A stretch of DNA of 54,695 nucleotides, filler included, from Circinaria calcarea (lineage: Eukaryota): NCBI GenBank assembly GCA_051942165.1. It is 5 parts of 5 records of this genome, joined end to end, with 100 filler letters (N's around TTAATTAATTAA, not from the genome) between each part and the next. Parts side by side here need not be neighbours in the genome. Positions count along the whole stretch, not along the records: positions 21,930 to 32,788 come from JAVECS010000751.1; positions 32,889 to 43,747 come from JAVECS010000752.1; 3 more parts are not named here. One strand, given 5' to 3'. This document shows, in pieces, positions 22,926-35,800 of this stretch. Position numbers and translations under genes: made by a program. The notes beneath the pieces are model-generated. The model had not been told where the DNA came from. It ran no database searches and saw only the letters and a list, made by a program, of their open reading frames with translations. How positions within the stretch are numbered: position 1 is the stretch's first letter; the number at the start of each line of letters is the position of its first letter.

Positions 22926-24541
22926 TCATTGCGTATCCAGAACGTGCAGGTACTTCTTCTCCTCCCTCTTCTCCCGCTCCGTCGCGGGTGGGAGGTCGTA
23001 ATAGGCCGAACTCCTGTATCCTTGCTACCAGAGACAAAAACCACCAAATTAGCGCCCTTGTATTTCCGTGGCTCTAGAAAAGAAAGAAATGGTAAAAGAA
23101 AAGGAGAACCCACCAAATAATGAAACGTCAGACTACTCAGCTCGGCCGGCTCGATGCCCAAGTCCTTGAACGTCTTCGCCTTCGGATCAATCACCTGGTC
23201 GAGAAACTCTTTCTCCACCTCGTCCGCCGACATGGTCGGCCACCAGAGGAACCGGTTCAGCGCACCGGCAATGGGCTTGAGGATGCGTTTGGGGACGTTG
23301 ATGTGGCGGCGGCGTTTGTGGATTTCGCGGTCGACGAGTTCGGAGACCTCGGCCATGGAGTAATTTTTGGGGCCGTAGAGTTCAAAGGTTTGGGAGGCGG
23401 TGGAGTCGTCTTGGAGCATGCGTTCGAGGGCGTCGCCGACGTCGATGGCCTGAGGGAGTGGTGGTTAGAAAGGGGCTGGTGCAGGTGATGCATTGGGGTG
23501 GACATACGTGAACTGGCCAGAAGCGCTCTCGCATGTGATTGGAGGTGAGGAGATTGGTGAGGCCGGCGAGTTTGTGGAGGAGATTATCTTCGAAACCGAA
23601 CATGGGAGCGGGGCGGACGATGGTGGTTTCAGGGAAGATTTGACGGGCGACCTCCTCACTACGGCCCTGGGGAATGTTTGTTAGGGAGGATATGTGAAAA
23701 CTTGTTGGGAACCGATGTACCTTTGTGCGAAAAAACTCCGAAGGCGAGTTCTTGTCAGCGTTGTAGGAGGAAACATGTATGAATCGGTCAATGTCGTATT
23801 TGGCGACAGCTTCGGCGATCCGCTCAGTCCCTTCGACATGTACATCTTCCAGAGAGAAGTTCCTGTATCCTTTAAAATCCCATTTCCAGAGGAACAGCAT
23901 GGTCATATCTTACTTCGTCGGGTAGCGTCGACCAACAAGATTGTAAACCACGTCAGAGTGCCGGACAGATTCTTCAATTGAAGGGGTGTTTCGTAAATCA
24001 TATTCCTATTATTATATTCAACTCCAGTTTCTGAGCGTATCCGCTCCAGACCCACCAGAAATACAATTCGTCCCAGATCTCCTGCTACCTTTAAATGCCG
24101 CTTTGCCATTTCTTCTCGAAACGGTATCACCACAGTGCATCCTTGTCGAGCTGGACTCCGTCAGATAGTCTCCGTATACACTTCGACAGTATCGTTACCT
24201 ACCAAGGCGGTTCACGATATATCTTCCCAAGAATCCTGTAGCTCCAAAGACTGTGGCGGTATGGCCTATCCTATGCGGTCAACAAATGTCTCTGGGAGTT
24301 TCGGCGACTGACTTGCCTCCCAATGATGATCTACAGTAAGTCAGTATATATGTAACCATAGATACTGCGAGCCGGTAGATACTTACCGACCCCCTTGTAC
24401 TCTGATACTTGGTTTGCCCGTCCGAGTGATTGCTACATCCTGTAGGCCTCTAAGTTGTATGGTCGTTAAGTGCCGCCTTTTGGTAGCCTTCGCAGCTGTA
24501 CGAAGGCCATTGCTGGCCGGAGCAGTCCAGTACTTGTGCAT
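22926..24541 (-). CDS. NDUFA9: NADH:ubiquinone oxidoreductase 39/40-kDa subunit (NDUFA9, SDR fold); multi-exon
   Basis: Arg/Lys-rich presequence, [63 protein letters not shown] and C-terminal YRSSAYYDLPPATEREKREEKKYLHVLDTQ*. Confidence 0.95.
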
Positions 24542-24792
24542 GGCTTGGTACTGGACTACCAGAAGTTTATAGTATTCTGGAGTTGAATGCGCTTGGATTC
24601 AATTACATCTGTAGACAGCGTTGGAGGGGGGGTCCATCGACTTGCGCTAGCCCCGCGAGGCGCGAATGTTCATTTGTTCATTTTGAGCTTCGGGATCCTA
24701 ACAACAGTCTCAATCCACGTCGTTTTCTGCAATTTCTACCACATCGTCCGATTAATTCCTCTCTGGCCTGTGATAGACTACCCGCAGAAGCC

Positions 24793-26045
24793 ATGGATCC
24801 AGAGGTTATCTCAAGATTCCTCGAGGAACAACGTGAAGCTGCACCCGAGGACCTACAGCAGAGTTTCCTAACAATAGAAGACTACTGGGACAGAAAGCTT
24901 TGGCATCAGCTAACGGATGTTCTGGGGGAGTATTTCAACAATCCAGCTAGTGCTTCACAGCGGTTACCATTATTCAGAAGCTTCATCTTGAGTTTCGCGG
25001 AAAAGATAAATCAACTCAAATTCGTGTCTCTGGGGTTATCAGCGGCGACACAATGCTCAGGTAAGGCTTCCCCCCGACCATTCCATTGAGACTGTCTCAT
25101 AGAATCATAGACGATAAAGAACGCCTCACATTCCTTACACACTTGACCGAGAAGGTCGACAAGCCCTCGTCACAGGATGCCTACGTATACTCGCTGGTTG
25201 CAGCTTCGGAAGTTAAGCTACGGTTGGGCGACTACGATGGAGCTCGGAAAGACCTTGATAAAGCAGAGTCGATATTAGATCTTTTCGATTCGGTCGAGAC
25301 AGAGGTCCATGCAACATTCTACCGGACCAACGCAAGCTATTATCAAGTATGGCGGTCCTATTACGCCCTTAGGATAGAGAGACATCCACTAACTTACATC
25401 TAGGCCAAACAAGACTTTGCAGCATACTACAAAAACGCTCTACTCTACCTCGCTTGTATAGATCTCAAATCCCTTACGATAGACGAAGCCCGATCTCGCG
25501 CCTACGATCTTAGCGTTGCAGCCCTCATCTCCGACTCCATTTACAACTTTGGTGAACTCCTACTACATCCCATTCTCGATTCCCTATCCAACACCGAGCA
25601 TGCATGGCTCCGCGATCTTTTGTTTGCCTTCAACCGGGGTGATCTAGCCGCCTACAACGTTCTCGAGAATAACCTTTCCAAATGCCATCTGTTAGAAGAA
25701 CACAAGACATTTCTATGGCAGAAGATTTCGCTATCTGCCCTCACAGAAGCGGTCTTCCGCCGCCCTCCCCATGACCGAGCGATGACCTTTGCAACCATCT
25801 CTGAAGAAACACACGTCCAACCGCAAGAAATCGAGATCCTCATCATGAAAGCATTGAGCTTAGGGTTGCTCAGGGGCAGTATAGATCAGGTCGCGGAAAT
25901 TGCGAGGATAAACTGGGTGCAGCCGAAGGTGTTGGATATGAAGCAGATTGACAACATGAGGATCCGGTTGAAGGATTGGGACTCGAGCGTTAATCAGCTG
26001 GGCACCTGGATTGAAGGAGTCGGGAAGGATGTCTGGGCAGCTTAG
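24793..26045 (+). CDS. RPN9: 26S proteasome lid subunit Rpn9 (PSMD13, PCI domain); 3 exons
   Basis: EDYWDRKLWHQLT, YYKNALLYLAC, IYNFGELLLHPIL and C-terminal LIMKALSLGLLRGSIDQV..INWVQPKVLD. Confidence 0.95.
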
Positions 26046-26585
26046 AAAGAGATCCTTTGACTACAACGGTCTGGTGGTCGGCTTCGGTTACCTACCCGTG
26101 CTCATCCTAAGTGATTGTCACCTCCGTAGATAGGTGGTTTTACTTTGGACGTGTACTATGATGATTCCCTACCGTGTCTCGCCATGTAAGGGCCTTCGCG
26201 TTGATGTAATATAACTCTATTCATAGCTTGCCCTTGTATGCTCTCCCCCTCTCTGGTCATTCTAGCAAGTTTCCCGATGAGAAAGCGGCTTCCCCTTTCC
26301 AGGATTGCTTGGGTGCAGAGGCATTATACCCTCAGTTCCTCTCCCTTGCTTTTATTTGAAAATATATATATAAAAAATAAGAAAACAACGATCCTTGTAG
26401 TAGACATCCACTAGCCATTTTTTACAACCTGGGCAAAGTGCTTGGAAGGCGATGAGGGAGGGGTTCTATTCTATTATACCGGTTTAGAAGGGCACACGGG
26501 ATAGTAACCACCTTGAGACAAAGTGGCAGAGATAAAAAAGGCATATGCCGTACGTAATCCCATTCCTACCCATACAAAGCAGCTC

Positions 26586-28694
26586 CTACAGCGACGGACT
26601 CACAAACATGGCTCCCATCAGCCAAGCCGGCCACCAGACGCACCATACCACCACCTGGGTCCACAACCCCCAGACCTTCCACCCGAACGCCGCCTCCGTG
26701 AGGACTTCCTCCACGCTGATACCCGACCATCCACAAGCGGCCCCGATCACCACGGGGGGCGAGAGGCAATGTAATATCATATTCGCCGGGATCAGCACCA
26801 AATATTTTTTCCACGTTCGTGCGGCTAGAGAGGAGTGCTCGGAGGGCAGGCCGAGGAATGAAAGCGGTACCGCCAGGAGTCCGATGAGGAAGGCGAGCGA
26901 GAAGTTTACGGTTGATAGCGTGGCGAGGAACATGCCGAGGAGGAGGAGAGAGAAGCATTTCATGAGGATGCGCTGCTGGTCCGTTGGGCAGGCATAGCGG
27001 GAGAGAGAGCTGGCGAGCAAAGTGGGGAGGATCAGGTTCAACATACCAAAGGCATACAGGGCCATAGGCAGGTTCTGGAATGGAGGAGGGTGGTCAGTTC
27101 GGCAGGACTTATGTGTCGCTAGAGGCAGTTGATGAGTTTCAACTTACTTGTTGCATAGTGTTGTTATAGACGTACAGAGGGACGACACCAAGGAAATGAA
27201 GGCCTGTTACAAAAGCAAGAGGTAAGAGTAACTGCCGCTCCACGACTGCGAGCTGCTGCTTCGGAATCAAGGCCACCATGCCATCTTGCTTTATCACCTC
27301 CATTTCTGTCTCTGGACTCCCTGGAACCTCTTTATTAGATGAGGCCTGCGCTTTCGGTGGTCGGCCACTTTGCACCCAAAGTGCTATGGCCATGATGGTA
27401 AAGTTTACCGCGACCAACATGGCACTCGGCAAGTACGTCCCAATACTCACAAAGCGATTTGCTTGCATGAGTAAGTAGAAAAAGAAACTCTGATGAAAAT
27501 GTTCGAGAAGGTTATTCAGACTACGGAAGATGCTCTCCACACATCTCCCCATAGCCATCTCGTCATGCCAGCCCAAACCGACTGCTTGTAATGTGATGGC
27601 GTCCACGTGATATGGGATGAAGCTGCTATGGGGCCCCGAGGCATGTCCTAGTCCTTGACTAGCCATGCCACGTAGCATAGTCTGTAGTCGTTCTTTGTAG
27701 CTGTCGCCATGTTTCCACATACGTTGCAATGCAACGCCAATCCCCATATGACCGCTAGCAATAGAAACGGCCGTATTGAAAAGGTCTAGGTTTGGCAATT
27801 GGCCGTTGATACCATCATAAGCAATGTGGAGAGACTCGAACCGCTGGTTGAGAGCATTATCCAGCACTACCACGCCTTGTAAAGCGCCACTTTTGAGGGT
27901 GAGAGAATCCACTGCTGTTGGAAGATGGGTATCATGATATGCATCAACCCAAGCTTGGGGACCCGCCTTGCTATCGGAAGTAATCAGGAAAATGATATCT
28001 TTGGACCATAGCGACCATCCTATGGATGCGTCAGCTCCTTTACGACCGGCATCTCGAATGCGGGTGCAGCTTACTCCTGAAGTATCTGGCCAGTGTCAAG
28101 AGCAGCGCAACGCCGCCCTGATTCAAGTCCCCGTCCATATTCCGCCATGCAGCGACGAGTACGATTGCCTCCGTCGCATCTCCTCGCGGCGCATGTAAAA
28201 CAGAGTAGACGTTCTCCCCGGCATACTCGTTCCCGGCAGCACCGTATCTGTAGTTCTGTTTTGCAACCTTTAGCCCCGAGGATCTGAATATCTCAACAAG
28301 CTTTGTTGAAATTCTGTCACCCAATTGTTCAGTCTAATGTCTCTTTGATATCCCATGGCCTAACTGTCCATACTCGGTTTGATTCTTCCCCGCCAACGCC
28401 CGCATTTCATGTTTGTAGGCATTAAAGATACTTTGGTCGCTGCCTCCGAAGTAGGTGTGGACCTGGCCAGGCAGTAACGCGTTTTCCGAAATGTACGTCT
28501 GCCTTGAGTATTCATTTCGCGGAAGAAGTAGGAGCCAGACAACCCCGATCACCACGCATAGCGCCGAAAGGTACGGGGGAAACTTGAGTAGCCGGGGATC
28601 TCTGCGCAAGGCCAAGAGAGCTTCTGGACTCGTCAGCCATTTACTTCGCTTCACGTAATCATCCCAAAAATGTTGTACATTGTAACAGAACCAT
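26586..28694 (-). CDS. GAA1: GPI transamidase component Gaa1; multi-exon, short first exon inferred
   Basis: RQTYISENALLPG, LHAPRGDATEAIVL, GQLPNLDLFN, RSLNNLLEHFHQSFFFYLL..FVSIGTYLP and several C-terminal TM helices. The start at 28694 (MVLLQ/SLLALRRDPR) assumes intron 28621-28678. Confidence 0.92.
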
Positions 28695-28970
28695 CGTCGT
28701 GGTCTCTCTCCAACTCACAGCCCGAACAATGGAAATCTCAACACGACTGTTATTGAAGTCTTTGGACCTTTGGACTTCGGGTGCCTTGCAGTAGATTACA
28801 ATTCTAACCGTATTCAGCTCCGGATTAGCGAGCCCTAGCCTATCCTGTGCCTTTGAACATTTCAACGAGCGGCAGAAAGAGTCGAGTCCCTTCTGGAAAC
28901 TTGACCAAGAGGTTAATCTGTCTCGAACTAGCCGGGAGTTGATTAAGTCTTGTATCGAATTGTCAAAGTT

Positions 28971-29962
28971 ATGGAGGACGACGCTGAAAAGGACGAGCTG
29001 TACGACTTCATCTGGACCAGTGTCCGCCCCCGTTTCTCGACTAATTACTTGCTACAGTACACTTTCACAAGACACTCTGGCTGCCCTCCAAGAATTTTAC
29101 TCGGAAAGAGACATGCAACAGAAGAAGTTTGAAGATTTGAAGTCTGTTGCCGAACTGTCCAGTCATGAAGACATACTCTCTATGGAGATGTTCACCGAGG
29201 ATTGGAACTCCAGTCAGTTTTGGGTATGGATGGAGCTGGTTTCCTTCGAGTGTATTGCTAATGTACTTAGTACAGTGAGGACACGGCCACGACCTTGGCA
29301 AAGCAGCTACTTGAAGGAGCGAATGCGGAGACGTCGATTGCAATTGTATCTGCCCCGAGTGTCCTGATCCAAATTAAAAACATACTAGTAGGCAATTCTC
29401 AAAACCCTCAACACGTTTTCTTCCAGGTTCATCTGAGTAGGCGTCAGGGGCATACCCCTACCCTCCGCGCGTTTCGCTGTTCGAGTTCGATGAACGTTTT
29501 GCGGTATTGCAGGAGTTTATCTACTATGACTTCCATGCACCTCTGAAGTTAGACCGTGAGCATCCAGTTCAAGCTCGTCATGTCATATACCACTAAGAGC
29601 ATTGCAGCAGAGCTTAAGGGTAAATTCAATCGCATTCTATGCGATCCACCCTTCCTAAGCGACGATTGTCAAACCAAAGGTACCGTTAAGCTTAAATCCA
29701 CACCAACAACGGAAATGTATGCGCTCATCTTCGTCCAGCTGCCTTGACTGTCCGATGGCTGTCGAAGCCAAAGGAGCCATCGTCGGATGATGCAAAACCT
29801 AGGGTTATCGTGTGTACCGGGGAAAGGATGGAAAGTCTAATACACAAGGTTTATCCGGGGACGCGGACTACCAATTTTGAACCGCAACATGCTCAAGGAC
29901 GACTTAGCAACGAGTTTCGATGTTATGCCAATTACGAATGTGAGGCTTGGTCTTGGATGTAA
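28971..29962 (+). CDS. EFM5: Protein-lysine N-methyltransferase Efm5 (N6AMT2/EEF1AKMT1 family); multi-exon
   Basis: LSQDTLAALQEFY, FTEDWNSSQFWYS, IAIVSAPSV, LFEFDERF..FIYYDF, ILCDPPFLSDDC, IVCTGERM and LSNEFRCYANYE. Confidence 0.92.
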
Positions 29963-31220
29963 GTCATCCTTTCTCCTCGTAACTAGGATCTCCGTGCTTG
30001 TGGGCTGAGGAGCTCGGGGTCCGACGGCTGTTTAATAAGCCTGGCAGTAGAGTAAAAGTTGCCTTTTGAGTACGGAGAGGGAGTAGCGGAGAGCCTAGTT
30101 GCAGTACTTATGGAGCTGGCAGGAGTTGGTAATCTGCGTAGATTTGTGGAGATAGTTGAGAATAGCGTTGGGGATCCCCTAACAAAAGGATACAAGGGCT
30201 AAACGCCATATGGATGCCTGGTCTGAAGGACGCCAGGATAGAACAGAGTAGTGCGTAAAGGGAGTTTACCGTGTCGGAAACCCACGAGACACTATTGTAT
30301 CAATGCTCTGAACGATACTTACCAAAAAGGTACAATGACTGGTCTGACTAGCCGAGTTGGACCAAACCCCCTCGGACTTTTGCCTGGCCGATCGGAGAAA
30401 CCTCCGTTCAGATGACGGTTGTTCATCAATTTCTCGTGCATAAGAGACCTACACTCATGGCTCCGGTGCCCGGTGACCGCTCCGCCGTTACAGCAAAAGT
30501 TCAGATAAGCTTGTGACTCATGGGCGATGAGCTGCTAGATACCTGGATATCTTATGATGAACCATACTTCCGAGACCTTGCGGGAAGTGGTCATGAAGGA
30601 AACTTTGTCATCAGACCCAAAATCTGACCTCTGCGCCAAGCCTCCGAGGCTTACTGGAACGGAGCCGTGATATGGCGGAATTATTAATCGTCCAGCCTTG
30701 GGGATGGTTTGAGTCATCAGTCGATTAGTTGCAGCTCGTCATCTACGGAGTATCCAACGTCCCTAAGAACGTTGGAACACGGTAAAGCTACCGATCACCG
30801 TCGCCCAGGGATGTTGCTTACTCCCCAATGGGCAAAGATGATTGCACGGAACACTCGGACAGCCGAACGTTCCCACCATGAAAAAAAGCAAGCGGCGAAT
30901 AGTATTTTTATATCATTATGATGTGCTTATTATATGTAGTATCGGACTGGAGGGTCGAGTGGAAGCTCGCGGAATCACCTCTCCGAAGGGCTCCACCTGA
31001 CCAGATGGCAGCATGTTCCTTGGCGTCTCTTGAAAACATTGATATTGACGCTGTCGCATGTCAGGATGTCGGATCCCATAACTCAAAAGTCACTTTGCTT
31101 GGTTCCTACCTCACCCTCTCTGACCTTGACCATACCGTTACTGGTGGTGGAGGTAGTCCCTACGACATCCTTCGGTTGCATATTAAGCACCTCTGGAGAG
31201 TGCGCTGACGACTAGATATC

Positions 31221-32788
31221 ATGATTCACTCCCATAATGCGGCGACCGTGGGTGCGTTGTTTCAATCACCTAGGAACTCCACCATGGCTTTCGTGGATAG
31301 CTATTTTTCATATGTGGATCACTCCGGCCTCCTGCTGGCCCACATCGTCCTCATGACGCTGGCATGGTTTTTTATTCTGCCGATAAGTATGTCGACTTCT
31401 ACGTGTCCTCGTATGTGCTAGGCAGCCTACTGACACTTGATATTCTAGCTGTCATGCTGAGTATCGCGCGATCCAGATTAGCACTCGCCCTGCAGATGGC
31501 CTTCCTGTCCATGAACGCTGTAGCACTCCTGCTAGGGACAATCTACAATAGCAAGACTCCCGACTTGTACGAGAACAATGCGCACCACAAGCTGGGTTGG
31601 GCTGTGACTTGGATTGCATTGGTGCAAGCTGTATTGGGCCTTATTCGAGCATACTGTGGGGCAGGACAGGTGGAATACGAGTCGCCTACGCTGGATTATC
31701 AGAAGCTACAAAACATTCGGGAGGTGGATTCCTACAGGTTCTCGAGCGATAGTGGGCATGGGACAGACGCCGCTTCATCGCGATCATCTTCAACGTCTTC
31801 TAAACGTGAGAGCGAAGATGAAATGGAAAACTTGCAAGATTCTCGCGGTGGCGGAGGTGAGCCAAGTGACGTGGAAAAACATGGTCTGATGGGCAATGCT
31901 GCAGTCGATCGGTTCATCGTACGGAAATTATCATGGATTACACATTCTCGGGCTTTGACTTGGGTAGACGTTATCTACACTGCCGTTGACCGAACCATCC
32001 TTATCCTTGGTTTTGTCGCGCTCGCTAGTGGTATCGTGACTTATGGAGGCATCTTTGTAGGCGTGCCTCGCCAAATGTCGCTTGATTCGACGCTAACAGG
32101 TAGACAGCGAGGGAACCACGTTTTCGGCGGGATGGCGCATTTCGTCAAAGGTGGTATCTTCCTTTGGTACGGGCTATTCAGCCTTGGTCGTTGTATGGGC
32201 GCGTTCGCCGACCTTGGCTGGGCATGGAATGTCAAACCTTCGGCAAGCATGGTTGGTTCCCGTAAAGCAGCAATGCCGTCGGCCGAGTTTGTGGAGTCTT
32301 TCCTGATATTCTTCTATGGAGCCAGCAACGTGTGGCTAGAACACTTGGCGGCTTGGGGAGGGGCTTGGACCGCGCAGGATCTCGAGCATGTTTCCATCAC
32401 CATCATGTTCTTCGGTGGTGGTCTTGTAAGTCAGATATGCCACTTTTAGATCGATCAAACTGACGTTTTCTCAGTGCGGAATGCTAATCGAGTCTAGAAC
32501 AATCCGAGATATGCTCAATACCAGCTTCCTTTCGTATTCTTCTGACCGCGCCATTGGCTCGTCACTTGAAGGATGGCAAGTCCCGAAAACCTACGGGTTT
32601 TCGATGAACCCTCTACCAGGCTTGATTATTATGCTCCTCGGACTGATGATGAGCTCGCATCATCAATCTTCCATGGTCTCTACTATGGTTCACAAGCAAT
32701 GGGGCACCCTCTTCGTTGGAGCGGCCCTGGCACGAGGCGTTACTTATATCCTCACTTACCTTTCACCGCCTGTGTCTCTATTACCATC
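31221..32788 (+). CDS. Ytp1-like polytopic membrane protein (DUF2427 + Ytp1 domain); start uncertain (may lie upstream near 31005), 3' truncated
   Basis: AHIVLMTLAWFFILP, YNSKTPDLYENNAHHKLGW, AHFVKGGIFLWYGL..GR..GAFADLGWAWN, NVWLEHL, DLEHVSI, MSSHHQ and VHKQWG. Confidence 0.85.
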
Positions 32789-32888
32789 NNNNNNNNNNNN
32801 NNNNNNNNNNNNNNNNNNNNNNNNNNNNNNNNTTAATTAATTAANNNNNNNNNNNNNNNNNNNNNNNNNNNNNNNNNNNNNNNNNNNN
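32789..32888. other. Artificial contig linker
   Basis: N44-TTAATTAATTAA-N44. Confidence 0.99.
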
Positions 32889-35800
32889 GCGACTTTGACA
32901 GCGGGGTCGAGGAGGGAGCGGAGCCAGCAGGGTCCTTTGAGGGGGTTTGGGCAGATGGATCGTTGGGATACGAGGAGGGTATTGGGGGAGCGGTGGTGGA
33001 GTTTCAGAGCGGCCATGTCTGGGATTGTAATGGATCGGGTGGCGACGGCTGGTGTACCGCATTTGAGGCGGCCATCGTAGATGAGAGTGTTGCTTAGGGT
33101 CATTATCTCTTGGCACATGCGGTATTGATGTTCCAGGTTGACGACTGACGACGGATGTTTCTCAGAGAGGAGCTTGAAGAGACTGATATCGAGCCCGCCT
33201 TCTTGCGCTTGTTTGTTTTGGACCAGTGGTGGGAGCTGATAGTGATCACCGACGAGGATGAAGGTTCTAGCCATGCGGATCGGGCCAAGGCATACTGGTA
33301 AGGTAATCTGGGAAGCCTCATCCACGATGCAGTAATCGAAGATGCGCTGATTGAAGATTGGATGGTTGATACCTAAACATGTCGTAGCAACTACTTGCTT
33401 ACTGTAGGATTCTTTAAGTTCTTCTACTGTCGTTTTCGGTATCCCCGCAAGATCAGCAAACCCCTGGACCTCTGGATCAACTTTGGCCACTGCACCCAAT
33501 CGCAGTATACCGATACCGTCGTTGCGGATCTTGAGCAAGATATTGTCGACAGCCGTGTGGGTGTAGGATGTGAGCAGGATGCTTTTCCCTTGCGCTGCGA
33601 GAGCCCGAATAATATGTGCTATGGTTGTTGTTTTTCCAGTACCTGGCATTCCAAGCACAAGGGCATAGTCCTTGGCAGTCATGACCCTCTCAATTGCATT
33701 TCTTTGATCCACATTGAGGCTGGCCTGGCTTGCGGATTTCGATGCATTTATACTTGGGGGCATGGAGCCGAATGTTGGAGGGACGCCTTCGATGATCAGC
33801 TTCCGAAGGGCTTGGGATCCAAATAAGTCCTTTTCCATTACTCGAATGAGGTTATTACGCACGGTTGCCATTCCGTTGCTGAATTCATCTTTGTCAAGGC
33901 GATAGAGGACCTCTTCTTCCGGTTCTTTGGGTGTCCGCGTTGTGCCTTCTTTACCATCCTCGACAACCTCCATAATACCGGCAAAGGATTGACATTTCTC
34001 TGCATCAAAGGCCTTGCTCCTTACTCGAGCATTGTGCAGTCGACGATCAACGGCCACGGTAATTCGCCGTTTTCGTACAGTGGTGACATACCCATTGGCC
34101 AAAGCAAAGTGACCTTTTTCATCAGAAATCACTATAGGTTCGCCGACTGTTATTTGAGATTCCACAAAGGAAAAATTCGAAGGGGCCTTTGGCTTAATGA
34201 AGGTATACCGGAAGCGATTGATCTTGGGTGCATCAGTCAGTTCGCACGCGGATCCTGGCTCTATCACAACATTGCCGAAGCAGCGACCAACTTTCTCACG
34301 TTCGCTGCTTAGCATCGTCCATAGTTCTCTACGGAATTTCAGGACATCGGTCTCTTCCTTGGTTAACAAATCATCCCACTTCTTGAAGAATCCTTGATGT
34401 ATGGGCTTAAGATGCTGTACAATTTCGTCGAACTTTTCTTTCATGCCACTTGTCTCTCCATTCCCATCGTCGACTAGTTTATGATAAATGAAGCAGGGTA
34501 TTTTGGCATAACACTTTCCACAAAGATGGGGACTCTTCTTCATTGGTGGGAGCTCTAAACGATGCCGAACATAGGAGGCAAGCTCGTTACGCTGCATGAT
34601 CATGTGGCGCAGTTCATCACCTGCGATCCGTGAGGTCTCGGACGTCTCCATGTAATAGAGGATCCCGTACGCAATTTGGACGTCTAGTAGGAGATCCATT
34701 AGCTTCAGCGAGGTTTTTAGGAATAGCATGTGTACCATAGCGATCTGATAGTAGAAGCGTGTACAGCGCGGTTTGAGCTCTATGTGCAACATTCGAGTAG
34801 TTTTTGCCTGTCTTGACTTCGAAAGGAACGGTAAGTGTCTTCTCGTCATTCCCATCCTTCATCACAACTTGGACAGTGGCGTCAATGTTGCCTTTAAGGC
34901 CGTACATTGGTGACCAGACATGCTCTTCAACATCAAGCAGTTTGTTGACACTCATCAAAGCTCTCGTCCCATTTTGATCTTTCACTATCGCATCTACCTT
35001 TGCACACTAAGCGAACGAGCGTTGGTATGGAGTAGAGGCAAGACTCACTTTGGGTTGGGCTGCCACGAATAGTTCGGCCCATGATTGCAGTTCAGGAGTC
35101 TTGCTCATTAGATGCTCAATCGCTTTTGTCATCTCAACGTTGATCTCGAACAAATTCTCAAGATACCGCGATGCAGTAATAGCGATGATCTTAGCTAGCC
35201 ACTCGGAATCCCATTTGTTTGCCTTCATGGCTTCTTGGAATATCTCGTGAAGGATATGGCCGTATATTTGCGGTTCATTGGCTTCGTTAGTAGCTTTGAC
35301 CCGATCCTGTAAAACCGCCCTACGTGTACAGGAAGTAGAATCTGCCACAACGGTAGCTGATATAAGGTGGTCGGGGTGAAGTATTAGCATATTTTGCGCA
35401 TCGTCTATGATGCATTGTCCAGCTTTGTCAAAGTTTCCAACAATATGGACATAGGAGCCAGGTGAACAGGCACTGTCGTACCAGCACTGTCGGAGGGTGA
35501 CGGCTTTTTGTAGTTTCGTCCTTTCGTCCTGGACAAGAAGTACCTGACATAATCAGCCTCTTGAATAAATGCTGATGGGACTCTGAATCACCTTCTCGGG
35601 TCGACTGTAGCCCCTACCTGTCTCATACCGACCTTCTGCGACTTGCATGACGAGATAACGCTGAATTGTTAGAGGATGTTTGTCCTACTTCTATTCTTAG
35701 CGATTATCTATACTGATCAAAACCTCCGGTACGTACAGGAGGAGGCCCCTGTTCTGCCATTGCAGCGGCCTGAGTAGCGCTAGCATATTCAACAGCAATC

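Noticed and set aside
34736..34855. ORF-track N-terminus MGMTRRHLPF... of the DNA2 helicase segment as a separate gene
   Set aside because: It is an out-of-frame reading of the preceding exon plus intron; splicing joins LLLSDRY to the downstream DNA2 sequence.
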